A stretch of DNA of 64,000 bases, taken from the human T2T-CHM13v2.0 reference genome, Homo sapiens. The position numbers and the translations under genes were made by a program. The stretch is taken from assembly GCF_009914755.1 (NCBI RefSeq), contig NC_060926.1; one strand, 5' to 3'. Shown here piece by piece: positions 1-14,134 of the stretch. The notes beneath the pieces are model-generated. The model saw only the letters and a list, made by a program, of their open reading frames with translations, was not told the DNA's origin and ran no database searches. Numbering within the stretch: position 1 is the first letter of the stretch; every line of letters begins with the position of its first letter.

Positions 1-2234
1 AAAATTCAATTTCATTTATTTATGCTCTGGTCTTTATTACTTCTTTTATTTGGGTGTTGAAGTCTCCAGCTCTTATTATATTGGGGCCTCTCTTTTTAAC
101 TCTAATAATATTTTCTTTATATATCTGGGTGTTCCTGTGTTTGCTGCATATATATTTAAAATTATTATCCTTTTGCTGAACTGACCCCTTTATCATTTTA
201 TAACAACCTTCTTTGTCTCTTATAGTTTTTCTCTTGAAATCTCTTTTGTCTGATATGTATATAGTAACTTCTGCTTGTTTTTGGTTTCCATTGGCATGAA
301 ATTCTTTTTCTATCCCTTTATTTTTAGTCTATGTGTGTCTTTATAGGCGAAGTGTGTTTCTTGTAAGAAACAGATAAATGAGTCTTGTTTTTTCTTTCAT
401 TCAGCCATTCTACAGCTTTTGATTGGAGAGTTTCATCCATTTACATTCAACATATTACGAATAAGTAAGGACTTACTCCTGACATTTTGTTACTTGTTTT
501 CTGGTTGTTTTGTGGCCTTCTCTTTCTTTCATTCTTGTCTTTCTCTAGTGAAGAAGATTTGCTCTGGTGATATGATTTAGTTTCTTTCTTTTTATTTTTT
601 CTGTATCCATTGTATGTTTTGTAGTTTGAGGTCACCATGAGGCTTGCAAATACTGTACTTATTATTTTAACCTAATAACAATATTCTCTGTATAAACAAG
701 CAAGCAAAACAAAAACTAATAAAAATTCACCTTAACTTTGTCCTCGAACTTTTAAACTTTTTATTGTTTCCATTTATATATTTTTGTACTATGTCCTACA
801 AAGTTTTTGTAGTTATTATTTCTTATTGGTTCATTGTTTAGTCTTTCTACTCAGGATAAGAGTAGTTTACACACCATAGTTACATTGTTATAGTATTCTG
901 TGTTTTTCTGTGTGCTTACTATTACCAGTAAGTTTTATACCTTCAGGTAATTATTTATTGCTTATTAATATCCTTTTCCTTCTGATTGAAGTAGTAAAGG
1001 TCTGGCATTTCCATATAGGAAAGGTTGTAGCATTTCTTGTAGGAAAGGTCTGGTACTGATAAAATTCCCCAGCTTTTGCTTATTTCTCCTTCAGCTTGAA
1101 TGACATTTTTGCCAGATATACTATTCTAGGGCAAAAGTTATTTTCCTTCAGCACTTTAAATATGTCATGCCATTCTCTCTTGGCCTGTAAGGTTTCCACT
1201 AAAAAGTGTTCTGAAAGACATATTGTAGCTCCGTTTTATGTTATTTGCTTGTTTTCTCTTCCTGCTTTTAGAATCCTTTCTTTATCCTTGACCTTTAGGA
1301 GTCTGATTATTAAATTCCTTGAGGCAATCTTCTTTGGGTTAAATCTGCTTGGTGTTCTATAACCTTCTTGTACTTGGATATTGAAATCTTTCTCTAGAAT
1401 TGGGAAATTCTCTGTTATTATACCTTTGAAAAAGCTTTCTATCTGTATCACTCTACCTCCTCGTTAAGACCAATAACTCTTAGATTTGCCCATTTGAGGA
1501 TATTTTCTACATCCTCTAAGCCTGTTTCTTTTTTATTTTTATTTTTTGCCTCCCCTGATTATGTATTTTAAAATAGCTTGCCTTTAAGATCACTAATTAT
1601 GTCTTCTCCTTGATCCATTCTGCTATTAAAGGACTCTGATGCATTCTTCAGTATGCCAGTTGTATTATTCAGCTCCAGTATTTCTGCTTATTTTTAATTA
1701 TTTCCATCTCTTTGTTAAGCTTTTCTATTTCTGAGTTACTTCTCTGTGTTATTTTGAATTTATTTGAGTTTCCTTAAAACAACTATTGTGAATTCTGTGT
1801 CTGAAGGATCACATATCTGATTCACCAGGATTGCTCCTTGGTGCCTTATTTAGTTCATTTGGTAAGTTCATGTTTTCCTGGCTGACACTGATGCTAGTAG
1901 ATGTTCTTTTGTGTCTGAGCATTGAATAATTAGGTATTTATTGTAATCTTCACTGTCTGGGCTTACTTGTAGTTTTCCTTTTGGGGTAGCCTTTCCAGAT
2001 ATTTGAAAGGACTTGAGTGTTGTGATCTAAACTGTTTCTACTTTGGGAGGCACCCTAGCCAAGTAATTCTGTGGTTCTTGCAGACTCATAGATGGACTGT
2101 CTTGATTATGTTGGACATGTTCTGGGAGAATTCTCTCATTTACCAGGCAAAGACTCTTGTTCCCTTCCCTTACCTTGTCGCAAACATACAGAGTCTCTGT
2201 CTCTGTTCTGAGCCACCTAAAGCTGGAGGTGGTG
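1..2234 (-). mobile_element. LINE-1 (L1M1/L1MA-like), ORF2 start, inter-ORF and ORF1 remnants; left part of an element split by THE1
   Basis: Minus ORF 1236-1451 reads ITENFPILEKDFNIQVQEGYRTPSRFNPKK..IIRLLKVKDKERILKA, i.e. L1 ORF1p; the sequence resumes after the THE1 insertion at 4492. Confidence 0.9.
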
Positions 2235-4491
2235 TGTATTAGTCCATTTTCACCCTGCTATAAAGAAATACCTGTGACTGTGTAATTTACAAAGGAAGGA
2301 GGTTTAATGGATTCACAGTTCCTTGGGAGGCCTTATGAAACTTAGTGTCATGGTGGAAGGTGAAAGAGAAGCAAAGGCACATCTTACATGGTGGAAGGCA
2401 AGAAAAGCATGTGTGAAAAGCAAAGGCGTAGGAGCCCCTTATAAAACCATCAGATCTTGTGAGAACTCACTCACTGTCACAAGAAAAGCATGGGGGAAAT
2501 TGCCCCCATGATCCAATCACCTCCCTCAAGGTCTCTCCTTCAACACCTTGGGATTACAATTCAAGATGACATCTGAGTGGGGACACAGAGCCTAACCATA
2601 TTTCTCTGCCTGTAGTCCCTCCCAAAATCTCCTATTCTCACATTTCAAAACACAATCATGCCTTCCCAACAGTTCACAAAATTCTTAACTCATTTTAGCA
2701 TTAACTCAAAAGTCCAAGTCCAAAATCCCATCTGTGACAAGTCAAGTTCCTTCTGCTTAGGAGCCCATAAAATCAAAAGCAAGTTAGTTACCTCCAAGAC
2801 ACAATGGAATATAGGAATTGGATAAATGCTCTCATGCCAAATGGGATAAATAGGCCAAAACAAAGGGGCTATACAGGCTCCATGCAAGTCCAAAATCCAA
2901 CAGGGCAGTCATTAAATCTTAAAGCTCCAAAATGATATCCTTTGACTCCGTGTCTCACATCCAGGTCACACTGATGGAAGAGGTGGGCCCTCACAGCCTT
3001 GGGCAGCTCTGCCACCATGGCTTTGCAGGGTATAGCCCCCTCACCCAGCTGCTTTCATGGCTCGCATTGTCTGTGACTTTTCCTGATGCAAGGTTCAAGC
3101 TGTCAGTGGATCTACCATTCTGGGGTCTGGAGGATGGTGGTCCTCTTCTTACAGCTCCACTAGGCAGCATCCTAGTCGGGACTCTGTGGGGGGGGCTCCA
3201 ACCCCACATTTCTTCTTTGCATTACCCTAGCAGATTCTCCATGAGAGCTTCGCCCCTGCAGCAGAGTTCTACCTGAACAACCATCTGTTTCCATACCATA
3301 CATCCTCTAAAGTCTAGGCAGAGGTTCCCAAAGCTCAATTCTTGACTTCGGTGCATCTGCAGCCGCAACACCACATGGAAGCTGCCAAGTGCCTTGGGGC
3401 TTGCACCCTGTGAAGCAATGGCCTGAGCTGTACATTGGCCCCTTTTAGCCATGGCTAGGACTTAAGGCACCAAGTACCTACACTGCACAAAGCAGTTGGC
3501 CCAGGAAACAATTTTGTCCTCTGAGGCTTTGGCCCTGTGTTAGGAGGGGCTGCTGTGAAAACCTCTGACATGCCTTGGAGACATTTTCCATATCGTTTTA
3601 GTAATTAACATTTGACTCCTCATTTCTTAGGCAAATTTCTGCAGTGGGTTTGAATTTCTCCCAGAAAAATGGGTTTTTCTTTTCTGCTGCATCATCAAGC
3701 TGCAAATTTTCCAAACTTTGATGCTCTGCTTCCTTTTTAAACATAAGTTCCAATTTCAGATCATCTCTCTCAAGTTCCAGTTCCACAGATCTCTAACTGT
3801 GGAGACAGGGGCAAAATGCCACCAGTCTCTTTGCTGAAGCATAGCAAGAGTGATCTTTGCTTCAGTTCTGAATGAGTTTCTCACCTCCATCTCAGACCAC
3901 CTCAACCTGGACTTCATTTTCAACCTCACTATATCAGCATTTTGGTCAAAACCGTTAAACAAGTCTTTGGAAAGTTCCAAATTTTCCCACGTCTTCCTGT
4001 GTTCTTCTGAGCCCTCCAAACTGTTCCAACCTCTGCCTGTTACCCAGTTCCAAAGTCACTTCCACATTTTTAAGTATCTTTGTAGCAGTGTCCCACTACC
4101 TTGGTAACAATTTACTGTATTAATTCGTTTTCACACTGCTATAAAGAAATATCCAAGACTGGGTAATTTATAAAGGAAGGAGGTTTAATCGACTCACAGT
4201 TCCGAGGGCTGGGAAGGCCTTAAGAAACTTACAATCATGGCAGAAGGTGAAGGAGAAGCAAAGGCACATCTTACATGATGCCAGGTCAGAGAACCATGTG
4301 TCAAAAGCAAAGGGGGGCAGATCCCCTTATAAAACCATCAGATCTTGTGAGAACTCACTCTCTATCATTAGAATAGCATGGGGGAAGCAGCCCCCGTGAT
4401 CCAATCACCTCCCACCAGGCCTCTCCCTTAGCACCTGGGGATTACAATTCAAGAAGAGATGTTAGTGGGAACACAAAGCCTAACCATAGCA
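2235..4491 (-). mobile_element. Full-length THE1 (THE1C/D-like) MaLR element: LTR 2235-2603, internal 2604-4115, LTR 4116-4491
   Basis: Two ~370-bp direct repeats starting tgtattagtcc/tgtattaattc and ending ..aaccata; ~1.5-kb THE1-int-like interior; 5-bp TSD tggtg (2230-2234) / tggag (4492-4496). Confidence 0.92.
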
Positions 4492-6063
4492 TGGAGTGAC
4501 ACAAGCACCCCTGTGGCTACCACCACTATGACTACACTGGTCAGACCTGAAGCCCGCACAGCATTGGGTCTCACCCACAGCCTGCTGTAACCACTCCCTG
4601 GCTACTGCCCATGTTCACTCAAGGACCCAAGGGTCTACAATCACCAGATGGCAAAGCCAGCCAGACCAGCCTTATGTCCTTTGCCTCAGGGTGGTGAAGT
4701 CGCCCAGGCCCCACGTGGATCTAGAAGTGCCATCTGGGAGTGAGGGACTAGTGTCAAAAACCTTAGCAATCTACCTGGTATTCTATTGTATTGTAGCTGA
4801 GCTGACACTCAACACCACAAGATGCAGTCCTTTCCACTCTTCCTTCCCCTTGCCAAAAGCCGAGGAGCCACACCCCATAGTCACCACCACCCCGGCACAA
4901 GAAGTACTGCCATACCACTGCCAATGTTCCCTTAAGGCCCAAGGTTCTTGAGTCAGTTTATGGTGAATGCTGTGTGCCCTAGGACTCACCCTTCAGGGCA
5001 GTGGGCTTCCTTCTGGCCCAAGCAATGTCCAGAAATTCTAAGAGTCAATTCCTGGAATTGGGGACCCCAAGAACCTGCTTGGTACCCTTCCCCACTGTGG
5101 CAGTGTTGATACCTGGAGCCAGCAAGTCATGAGAGGCTCACAGGGGCCCTTGATGTAATACCTGGGTATCACCGCTGGTTATCCAGAACCCAGGGGCTTT
5201 TCAGTTAGCAGGTAATAAATGCTGGCAGGACCGGGTCAATTTCTTTAAGGCAGTGGGTTTCCTCCTGGCCCAGGATGTGTCTAAAAATGTCCCCTGGGAG
5301 CTAGGGCCTAGAAAAGGGGCCTCATGACTTTGACAGGTTTCCTGTCCTGCTGTGGCTGAGCTGGTAACCAAGAGGTAAGACAGTTTTCCCTACTCTTCTC
5401 TCTGTCCTCCTCAGGTGGAAGGATGGGATCTCTTTTGGAGCTGGGGGCTAGAAGAGGGGTGATGCCAGCACTCCCTTGGCTGCTTCGGCTGGTGTCTCAG
5501 TGTGTTGCCTGCCCCCCTCCCATTCCGCTGTCTCTGGGCCTAGTTCAGCCCAAGGAATTGCATAAGAGTTGTGGTCTTTATGGCCTAGACTGCCTTTCAG
5601 GTTTACACAGAGACTGAGAATACTTTGGCCCTTGGTGTCAAGGTTTGTGGGCACTGGAGTTCAGACCTCTGAGACCAGTGATTTCCCTCTGGATAGGGGA
5701 ATGCTCCTTCTGTGTGTTGGTGTCAGCTGAGTTTGGTCTGATTATTTTTTCTCTGAAAGGACAGCACTGAGTTTGATGCCTCACAATTCCTGTATTTTTC
5801 TTCCCCAGTGTCCAGAGAGGCTCTCCACACCCACCCTGCGGCTGCCACTGGGGATGGGGAGGGGTGGCGTCAGTAATTCAGGACTGTTTTTTCTCCTCAC
5901 TGCGTCTTTCAGCAATACAAAGTTAAAACCAGGTACTGTAAGTACTTGCCTCAGTTTTGGTTCTCATGAAGGTGTTTCTTTCTGTGTAGGTAGTTGTTAA
6001 CTTGGTGTCCTTGAAAGGGGTATAATTGGTGGAGCTTTTTCTTCCACCATCTTGCTCCATCTC
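4492..6063 (-). mobile_element. LINE-1 5' UTR, continuation of the 1-2234 element
   Basis: GC-richer L1M 5'UTR-like sequence ending in ccatcttgctcc, the reverse complement of the L1 start/YY1 motif GGAGCAAGATGG. Confidence 0.8.
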
Positions 6064-6831
6064 TTTCTTCTGTTTGTTCGTTCTTAAGTGCATGTGTATT
6101 AGAGTGTATCTTTTGGGGGTTTTATGGATAAATGTGTTATTAAACTATTATAGAAGTCTTTTCATGACTTTTTTACATCAGTTTTAAATTCACAGCAAAA
6201 TTGAAAGGACATTATAGTGCATAGTCTCTACCCTTATCAGCATGTGTCACCAGAGCGATACATTTGTTACAACTGGTGAACCTACATTGGTACACCATTA
6301 TCACTCAAAGTCCATAGTTTACATTGGAGTTCACATTCTATGGGTTTGGAAGAAAGTATGGTGACATATATTCACCATTATAGTAATGTGCAGTGTAGTT
6401 TTACTACCCTAAAAATTGGCATTTCTCCTATTCATCCCATCTTTCCCCTAGCCTCTGAAAACCACTGATCTTTTTGATTACCTCCATAGTTTTGCCTTGG
6501 CCAGAAGGTCATACAGTTGGAATCATAGACTATGTAGTCTTTTCAGAGTGGCTTTTTTCACTTAGTAATATGCATTAAAGTTTCTTCCATGTCTTTTCAT
6601 GGCTTGATAACTCAATTGTTTTTAACAACAAAAATTTTACTTTTTCTGGATGTACCAGAGTTTATTTTTCACTTACTGAAGGACAACATGGTTGCCTCCA
6701 AGATTTGGCAATTATGAATAAAGGTGCTGTAAATATGCAGATATAGTTTTTGTGTGATGGATTTTGGCCATTCTAGTAAACACGCTGTGGTATCTTATTG
6801 TTTTAATTTGCATTTTCATGATGATGTATGA

Positions 6832-7167
<336 letters not shown>

Positions 7168-7572
7168 TAACGAGTCTGTTAGTCTTTGGCTCAATTTTTA
7201 ATCAGGTTTAAGAGTTCTTATTTTGCGTGTTGGCAAATATTTTCCTCACAGTTCGTGGCTTTCCTTCCTGTATTCCTGACGTTATCTTTCATCGAGCAAC
7301 AGCAGTTTTTTATTCTAATGAAGTTCAGTTTATTAATTATTTCTTTCATTGATTGTACCTTTGATGTTGTATATACAAAGTCAGCACTGTACCCAGTATC
7401 ATCTACATTTCCTCCTATATTAGCTTCCAGGAGTTATATCATTTTGCATTTTACACTTATATCTATAATTTATCTGAGTTAAATTTTGGAAGGGTATAAG
7501 GTCTATAAATATATGTACATAAAATTTGTGTTATGTGTTGTATACTAGACATCACATGCAAATGTGTGTGTA

Positions 7573-7592
7573 TACACACACACACACACACA
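7573..7592. repeat. (CA)n microsatellite
   Basis: tacacacacacacacacaca seen directly. Confidence 0.9.
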
Positions 7593-9829
7593 TTTACATG
7601 TGATGTCTAGTTTTCCTCACACCGTATTTTGAGTAGATTATCATTTTTCTATTGTATTGCCTTTTCTCCTTCGAAAAGATCAGTTGACTTTATTTATGTA
7701 GATCTGTTTTGGGGCTCTTTATTCTGCCCCATTGATCTATTTGTCTAATCTTTCATCGATAACACCCTGTCTTTATTATTATAGCTTTATAGGAAGGTTT
7801 AAAACCAGGTAGTATCAGTACTCCAATTTTGTTCTTTAGTGTTTTGTTGGCAATTGTGGGTCTTCTTCCCTTCTATACGATGTTTGTCAATACTGACAAA
7901 ATAACTTTCTGTGATTTTGCCTGGGATTGCATTGAATCTATAGGTCAAATTGGGAAGAACTGGCAACTTGACAGTGTTGATTTTTCCTATCCATTAACAT
8001 GGAATAGTTCTCCATCTGTTTATTCCTTATTTGATTTCTTTCATTCAATGTTATGGTTTTCCTTTTAGACATACATATCTTTTCAGGTAAATTCCTAAGT
8101 ATTTCATTTTGTGAGGTGCTAATGTAAATGCTATTATGTTTTGTGTTTTTAGTTTCAAATTCCATTTGTTCATTGCTAGTATATATGAAAGCAATTAACC
8201 TTTTGATATTACTTTAGTATTCTGAAACCTTGCTATAATCATATAACAAACAGATCCAGAATATTTTGATTATTTTGAATTTTATATATAGATGAGCAAG
8301 TCTTCTGCAAAAAAAAAAACAGCATTTTTAAAAATTTCTTTGTTTCTAATCCATATATTGTACATTTTCTTTTATTGTCTCCCTGCATTTCCTAAGACTT
8401 CCAGGAAAATGTCAAAAATTAGTGATGAGAGGAAATATTCCTGACTTGTCCTTAGTAGACAAACTTCTAGTTTGTCACCATGAAGTGTGATGTTAGCTGT
8501 AAGTTCTTTGTAGTTATTTTTGATGAAGTTGTAGAATTTTCTTCTCTATTCTAAGTTTACTAAAAATTTTTGTTATAAGCAGATTTTTGATTTTGTTAAA
8601 TGGTTTTTTGTATATCTACTTATGAGATCATGTAATTTTTCTATTTCAGCCTGTTGTGGATTATATTAATTGATTTTCAAATATTGAATTAGCTTTGCAT
8701 ACCTGAGTAAAATCATACTTGGTCGTGGTATATAATTACTTTTGTACATTGTTACATTGAATTTGCTAATATTTCATTGAAAATGTTTGCATCTATGTTC
8801 ATAATAGATATCAATATGTAGTTTTCTTTTTTTGTACTGTCTTTGGTTTAGGTATTAAGACAATGATGGCTTCATAGACTGAGTTAAGTTATTCTCCCTA
8901 TTTTTATGTTTGGAAAGAGCTTGTAGATAATTAGTTTAATGTCTTCCTAAATGTTTGTTAAAATTCACCAATGAACCTATATGGGCCTGGTGCTTTCTGC
9001 TTTAGGACATTATTTATAATTAATTTAATTTATTTAATAGATATAGGTCTGTTCAAAGCATCTATTTTTTGTTGATTGAGTTTCAGAAGATTATGGCTTT
9101 CAAAGAATCAGTCTGTTTTATCTAGGCTAACAAATTTGTGGGCATAGGATTGTTCATAATATTTCTTTAATATCCTTTTAATATTCATAGAATCTGTAAT
9201 AATATAACCTTTTATTTCTGATATGCGTTATTTCTATCTGCTCTTTTTTCACCTTAGTAAGCATTATTGTAGGCTTATTAATTTTTTGGTCTTTTCAAAT
9301 AAACAGCTTTAGATTTCATTAACTACTCTCTATTTCTTATTTAATTTTATTGATTTTTGTTCTAACTCTTATTGCTTTTCTTCATCGTACTTTAATTTTC
9401 CCTTCTTTTTTCTAAGGTGGAAGCTTAGGTAATTAATTTTAGATCATTCTGATTTGTGTAATATATGCATTTAAATATGTTGTTCAATTTTCTTCAAGCA
9501 CTACGTTTACTGCATCCCACACATTTTCATAAGTTGTTTTCATTTTCATGTATTTAAAATTATTTTTAAATACTTTTGAGATTTTCTTTGACCATGTATT
9601 ATTTAGAACTGTGTTTTTTTTTAATATTCACATATATTGGGATTTTCCATTTTTTTGTTCAATTCCATTGTAATCTGATAACAGATATTACATGATTTCT
9701 ATTCTTAAATTTGGCAAGGTGTATTTTTTCACCCAGAATGTGGTCCCTCTTTGTATAAGTCCCATGTGAGCTTTAGAAGAATGTGTATTCTGCTCTTATT
9801 TCTCCATTTTAGGTGGAAAAGTTTGGCTA

Positions 9830-10410
9830 TAGTGGGCTGGAGTTGTGTATTTTTTTTTTTTTTCCCAGTTCAGCTAGGCTCTGATAAAACACCAGCAGTT
9901 AATACATTTTAAAAATAGGGTTTGTTGTTGTTGTTTTTTGAGAGCAGAGCTTCTGAAGAAGAACAGAATGCTATGGCATATTTCACATGGTTCCTCTTCA
10001 GCCTCATCAGAATAACAGGACAATTTCCCTGTGATATTTACTGAGAACCTATTTGTAATTTTCAAGGTAAAACTCATAAAATACAGGACTCCCATGACTG
10101 AAATGTTTAACTCCCAGCCTTGTCCACACTGAGTGTCCAGAAATTTTTGAATATTAGTTCAGGTTTTTCTACCCCAACACTTGTTCCTGCAGTCCTTTCC
10201 ACTACTGAGCCTGCTCCAGTTAAGTCAGGACTTCCTGTATTTGCCTGTCTGTCTGTACAACTGGGGGAGGCAGCTTGCCTGTGACCTCACTCTCCTGTGG
10301 ATCTAAAAGAGTGGTTAATTTTAGTCTCTTCAGCCTTTTATTTGTTGTTCGGGTAGAATGACAACTTACAAGCTCTTTACATGTGGAGTGAAAACAGAGA
10401 GTTTTTACAA
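9830..10410 (-). mobile_element. Old L1M 5' region fragment
   Basis: Resembles L1M4/L1MD-type 5' ends (gttcaggtttttctacccc..tgtgacctcactctcctgtggatct); a related stretch lies at ~15300-15870. Confidence 0.5.
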
Positions 10411-10459
10411 AGCTTTTTAAGTGAGTAGTCTACTAGTATTTATTGTTTCAAAAAAAAAA

Positions 10460-10896
10460 ACAGTCATAGAATTTGTTGACCTTTCTTATTGTTTTTCACA
10501 TCTCCTTCAGGTAAGCTCTGATTTTGGTTATTTCTTTTCTTCTACTGGCACTGGGGTTGGTTTGCTCTTGTATCTCTAGTTCTTCTAGATGTGATATTAG
10601 ATTAGTAATTTGATATCTCTCTTACTTTTAGATATAGGCATTTAGTGCTAGAATCTTTCCTCTTAATATTGTTTTATCTGTGTCCCAGAGATTCTGGTAT
10701 GTTGTATCTTTGTTCTCATTAGTTTCAAAGAATTTCTTGATTTCTGCCTTAATTAATTTTTTTTTGTTTATACAAATGTCATTCAGGAACAGCTTAATTT
10801 CCATGTAATTTATGGTTTTGAGCACTTTTCTTGGTACTGATTTCTATTTTTATTGTGCTATGGTCCGAGAGTGTGATTGGTACAAATTAGTTTTTT

Positions 10897-10932
<36 letters not shown>

Positions 10933-13900
10933 GTAATTTGCTGAGAATTGTTTTATGGCTGATTGCGTGGTCAATTTTTGAGAACGTGCATGTGTAAATG
11001 AGAAGAATGTATATTCTCTTGTTTTTCTGTGGCAACTTCTGTAGATGTCTGTTTGGACCATTTGATCAAGTGTTGAGTTTAGGTCTCAAATATCTGTGTT
11101 ACTTTTCTGCCTTGATAATATGTCTAATACCAGTGAGTGTTGAATTCCACCATTATATGGTTAGCTAAGTCTCTTTTAGGATGCTAAGGACTTGTTTTAT
11201 AAATATTGGTGCCCCTGTGTTGGGTGCATTTTTAATTAAAATAGTTAGGTCTTCTTGTTGAATCAAAGTGTTTATCATTATGTAATGTTCTTCTTTTTGT
11301 GTGTGTTTTTCTTAAACTATTGTTCATTTAAAGTCGGTTTTGTATGAAATTAGAATAGCAGTAGCTGCTTTTTTCAGTTTTCCATTTGATTTGGTATTTT
11401 TTTTCATCACTTTACATTGAACCAATGGATGTCCTTGCATTTGAGATGTGTCTATTGAAGACAGCACACAGTACATCTTGCTTCTTTATCAGGCTTGCCA
11501 CTCTGTGCCTTTTAATTGGAGCATTTAGCTCATTTACATTCAAAGTTAATAGTGATATGTGTGAATTTGATCTTGTCATGGAAATGTTAGCTGGTTATTA
11601 TACAGACTCGATTGTATAGTTAGTTGCTTTATAGTGTCAATGGTCTATGTACTTAAGTGTGTTTTTTATGGTGTCTAGAAATGGTCTTTCCTTTCCATAT
11701 TCAGCACTCCCTTAAGGACCTCTTGTAAGACACATCTGGTGGTAATGAATTCCCTTAGCATTTGCTTGTCTGAAAATGATCTCATTTTTCCTTTGCTAAT
11801 GAAGCTTAGTTTGGCTGGATATAAAATTCATCATTGGCATTTCTTTTCTTTAAGAATATCAATCATAGGCCCCCAATCTCCTCTGGCTTGCAGGGTTTCT
11901 GGTGACAGGTCTGCTATTAGCCCAGTGGGGTTCCCTTTCTAGGTGACCTGCACCTTCTATTTGCCTTTAACATTTTTCTTTCATTTCAATCTGAGAGAAT
12001 CTGATGACTATGTGTCTCGTCTTAGAGATGATCATCTTGCATAGCATCTCACAGAGGTTCTCTACATTTCCTGAATTTGAATGTTTACATCTCTAGTGAG
12101 GTTGGGGTAGTTTTCAGGGATAATATCCTCAAATATGTGTTCTAAGTTGCTTGCTTTCTCTCCCTTTTTCAGGGATGCCAATGAGTCATATTTTTAATCT
12201 TTTTACATAATCTCATATTCCTCATAAGTTCTATTTATTCATTGTTTAAAAAGATTTTCTGAGTTATTTTTGAGAACCAGTTTTTGAGCTCTGAGATTCT
12301 TTCCTCAGCCCAGTTGATTCTGCTGTTTAATACTTGCAATTGTATTATGGAATTCTTGAAGTAAGCTTTTCAGCTCTATTAGTAGAGTTAGGTGTTTTCT
12401 TAAAACGGACATTTTGGCTTTCAGCTCCTGAATTGTTTTACTGTATTCCGTAGATTGAGTTACAACTCTCTGCTAAATCTCGATGATCTTTGTTCACATC
12501 CATATTCTGATTTATACATCTGTCATTTTAGCCTGGTTAAGAACCACTGCTAGGGAAGTAGTGTGGTTGTTTGGAGGTAAGAAGACAGTCTGGCATTTTG
12601 AGTTGATAAGGTTTTTGTACTGTTTCTCTCATGTGTAGGATGATGTTCCTTCAATTTTTGGTATTGCTCTCCTATGAATATTGTTTTTAGTTTTTATCTT
12701 CTTTGATGCTCTGGGGGGTTTGATTGTGGTATATATAATATGGGTTCAGTCAACTGGCTTTGTTTCTGGAAGATTTTAGGGGGCCAAGGCTGAGCTTGGC
12801 CCTCCTGGGCTGTGTGCTCCAATTCTGAGTAGCTGACACCAGAACCCTGGCTTTGTTTTCTGGCTCCTAGAGGTTAGGAACCTGCTGCACTGGAGGGGCT
12901 GAGGTGTTCCAGGTCTGCTTGCCATGAGATTCCAATGGGTGTTGCCAGGCAAAGAGTTTCACTGGGGCAATGGGATCTGTACTTGCTCACACATGCCAGC
13001 AGTTACCGAAGCATAGCAGGTTGCATGTGCATTGGCTGGGGTGGGACACTAATGGCAGTGGGGCTGCGATGTTCCTGTGTGTTCTTGCTCCAGTGGCAAC
13101 TGCAGCTTGGCAGGGGTGGGGCACTGGACAGGGAAGGGCTTCCAGCATTCATGCGCATGGTGGCACTAGCAATGGCAGTGCAGCTAGGTGCCTGTCCATC
13201 AGCAGGAGGGCATGGGGACAGTGGGGTGTGCTTGTGCAGTGGTGCAGAGGGCTGTGCACACACATGCATGCCAGTAGGGAAGGGGAGGCGAGGTCCACAT
13301 CTACGCACCCTAGCAAATCAGCGGAGGTGTGGCCACAGGTGAGTGCATGTAGACAAAGCGGGGCAGGGGCTGGGGGTGCTGTATTAGGGGGAGGGTGCAG
13401 GTGAACTGGTGCATATCGGTGGGTCCAGTTAGCTGGAATTCTCTGATAACCCATTGCTGTCTGCTATTGAGGGACCTCTGATGAGGGCCCTCAGAAAGTA
13501 CCCTGCTTGGGCATCTGAGGCTGTGCTACATGGCCATGGCCATGCTGGGGCCCTTGGAGAGGCCAGCAGACAGGGTGGTACTCAGATTGGACTGACCCCA
13601 TCTCATAGACAAGACCACCCTATTCTTTCTAGGTCTGATACTCATCCCAAGGCTAAAGTCTCTTAGAGGAGCATGGTAAGCCTTGGGAGATGGGCATCTC
13701 TGGCCGGCCATTCTCCACTGCAGACATTTCTGCCCCAAACCTTCTGAGCTCTGCACAGACTGGAGTACTGCCCTTACTGCCTCTCTGAGTAGCTCTCCCT
13801 ACCAGCTCAAGTTTCTGTGGTGTTCATGGGATCTGCTGATGCCAGGATTCTAGAGGTCTGCAGCAATAGTGGGACATTCCTCACTTGTTCAACTCACGCC

Positions 13901-14130
13901 TTCCCCATGAGTCTCTAGAGACCAGGAAGAAGTTCTTGTGCTCAGTAGTCCCATGCAGGGTTCCCTGCTACCTCTCTTTTCAGCTCAGCATCTGCATCCT
14001 TCCTCTATCCACTCTCAATTTCTGTCCGCTAAAGGTGTGCTCAAAGTGTGCCAGTCTTCTCAGTGTCCCAGTCTCTTGGTGGGAGATGTTCCTCTCTCAG
14101 TGGAAGATGTCAGCCATCTTGGGTCCTCTG
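10460..14130 (-). mobile_element. LINE-1 (L1PA13-16/L1PB-like): endonuclease domain, ORF1 and GC-rich 5' UTR; 3' part missing
   Basis: Minus ORFs give EN motifs TDIYRSCHRKTREYTFFS and [25 protein letters not shown]; ends at cagccatcttgg (L1 start, reverse complement). Confidence 0.9.
10899..10932. repeat. Long poly-T tract inside L1 ORF2
   Basis: About 34 consecutive T. Confidence 0.9.
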
Positions 14131-14134
14131 CCCA

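Noticed and set aside
12935-13756. Cluster of overlapping 70-144-aa ORFs on both strands
   Set aside because: GC-rich L1 5' UTR with few stop codons; no recognisable protein
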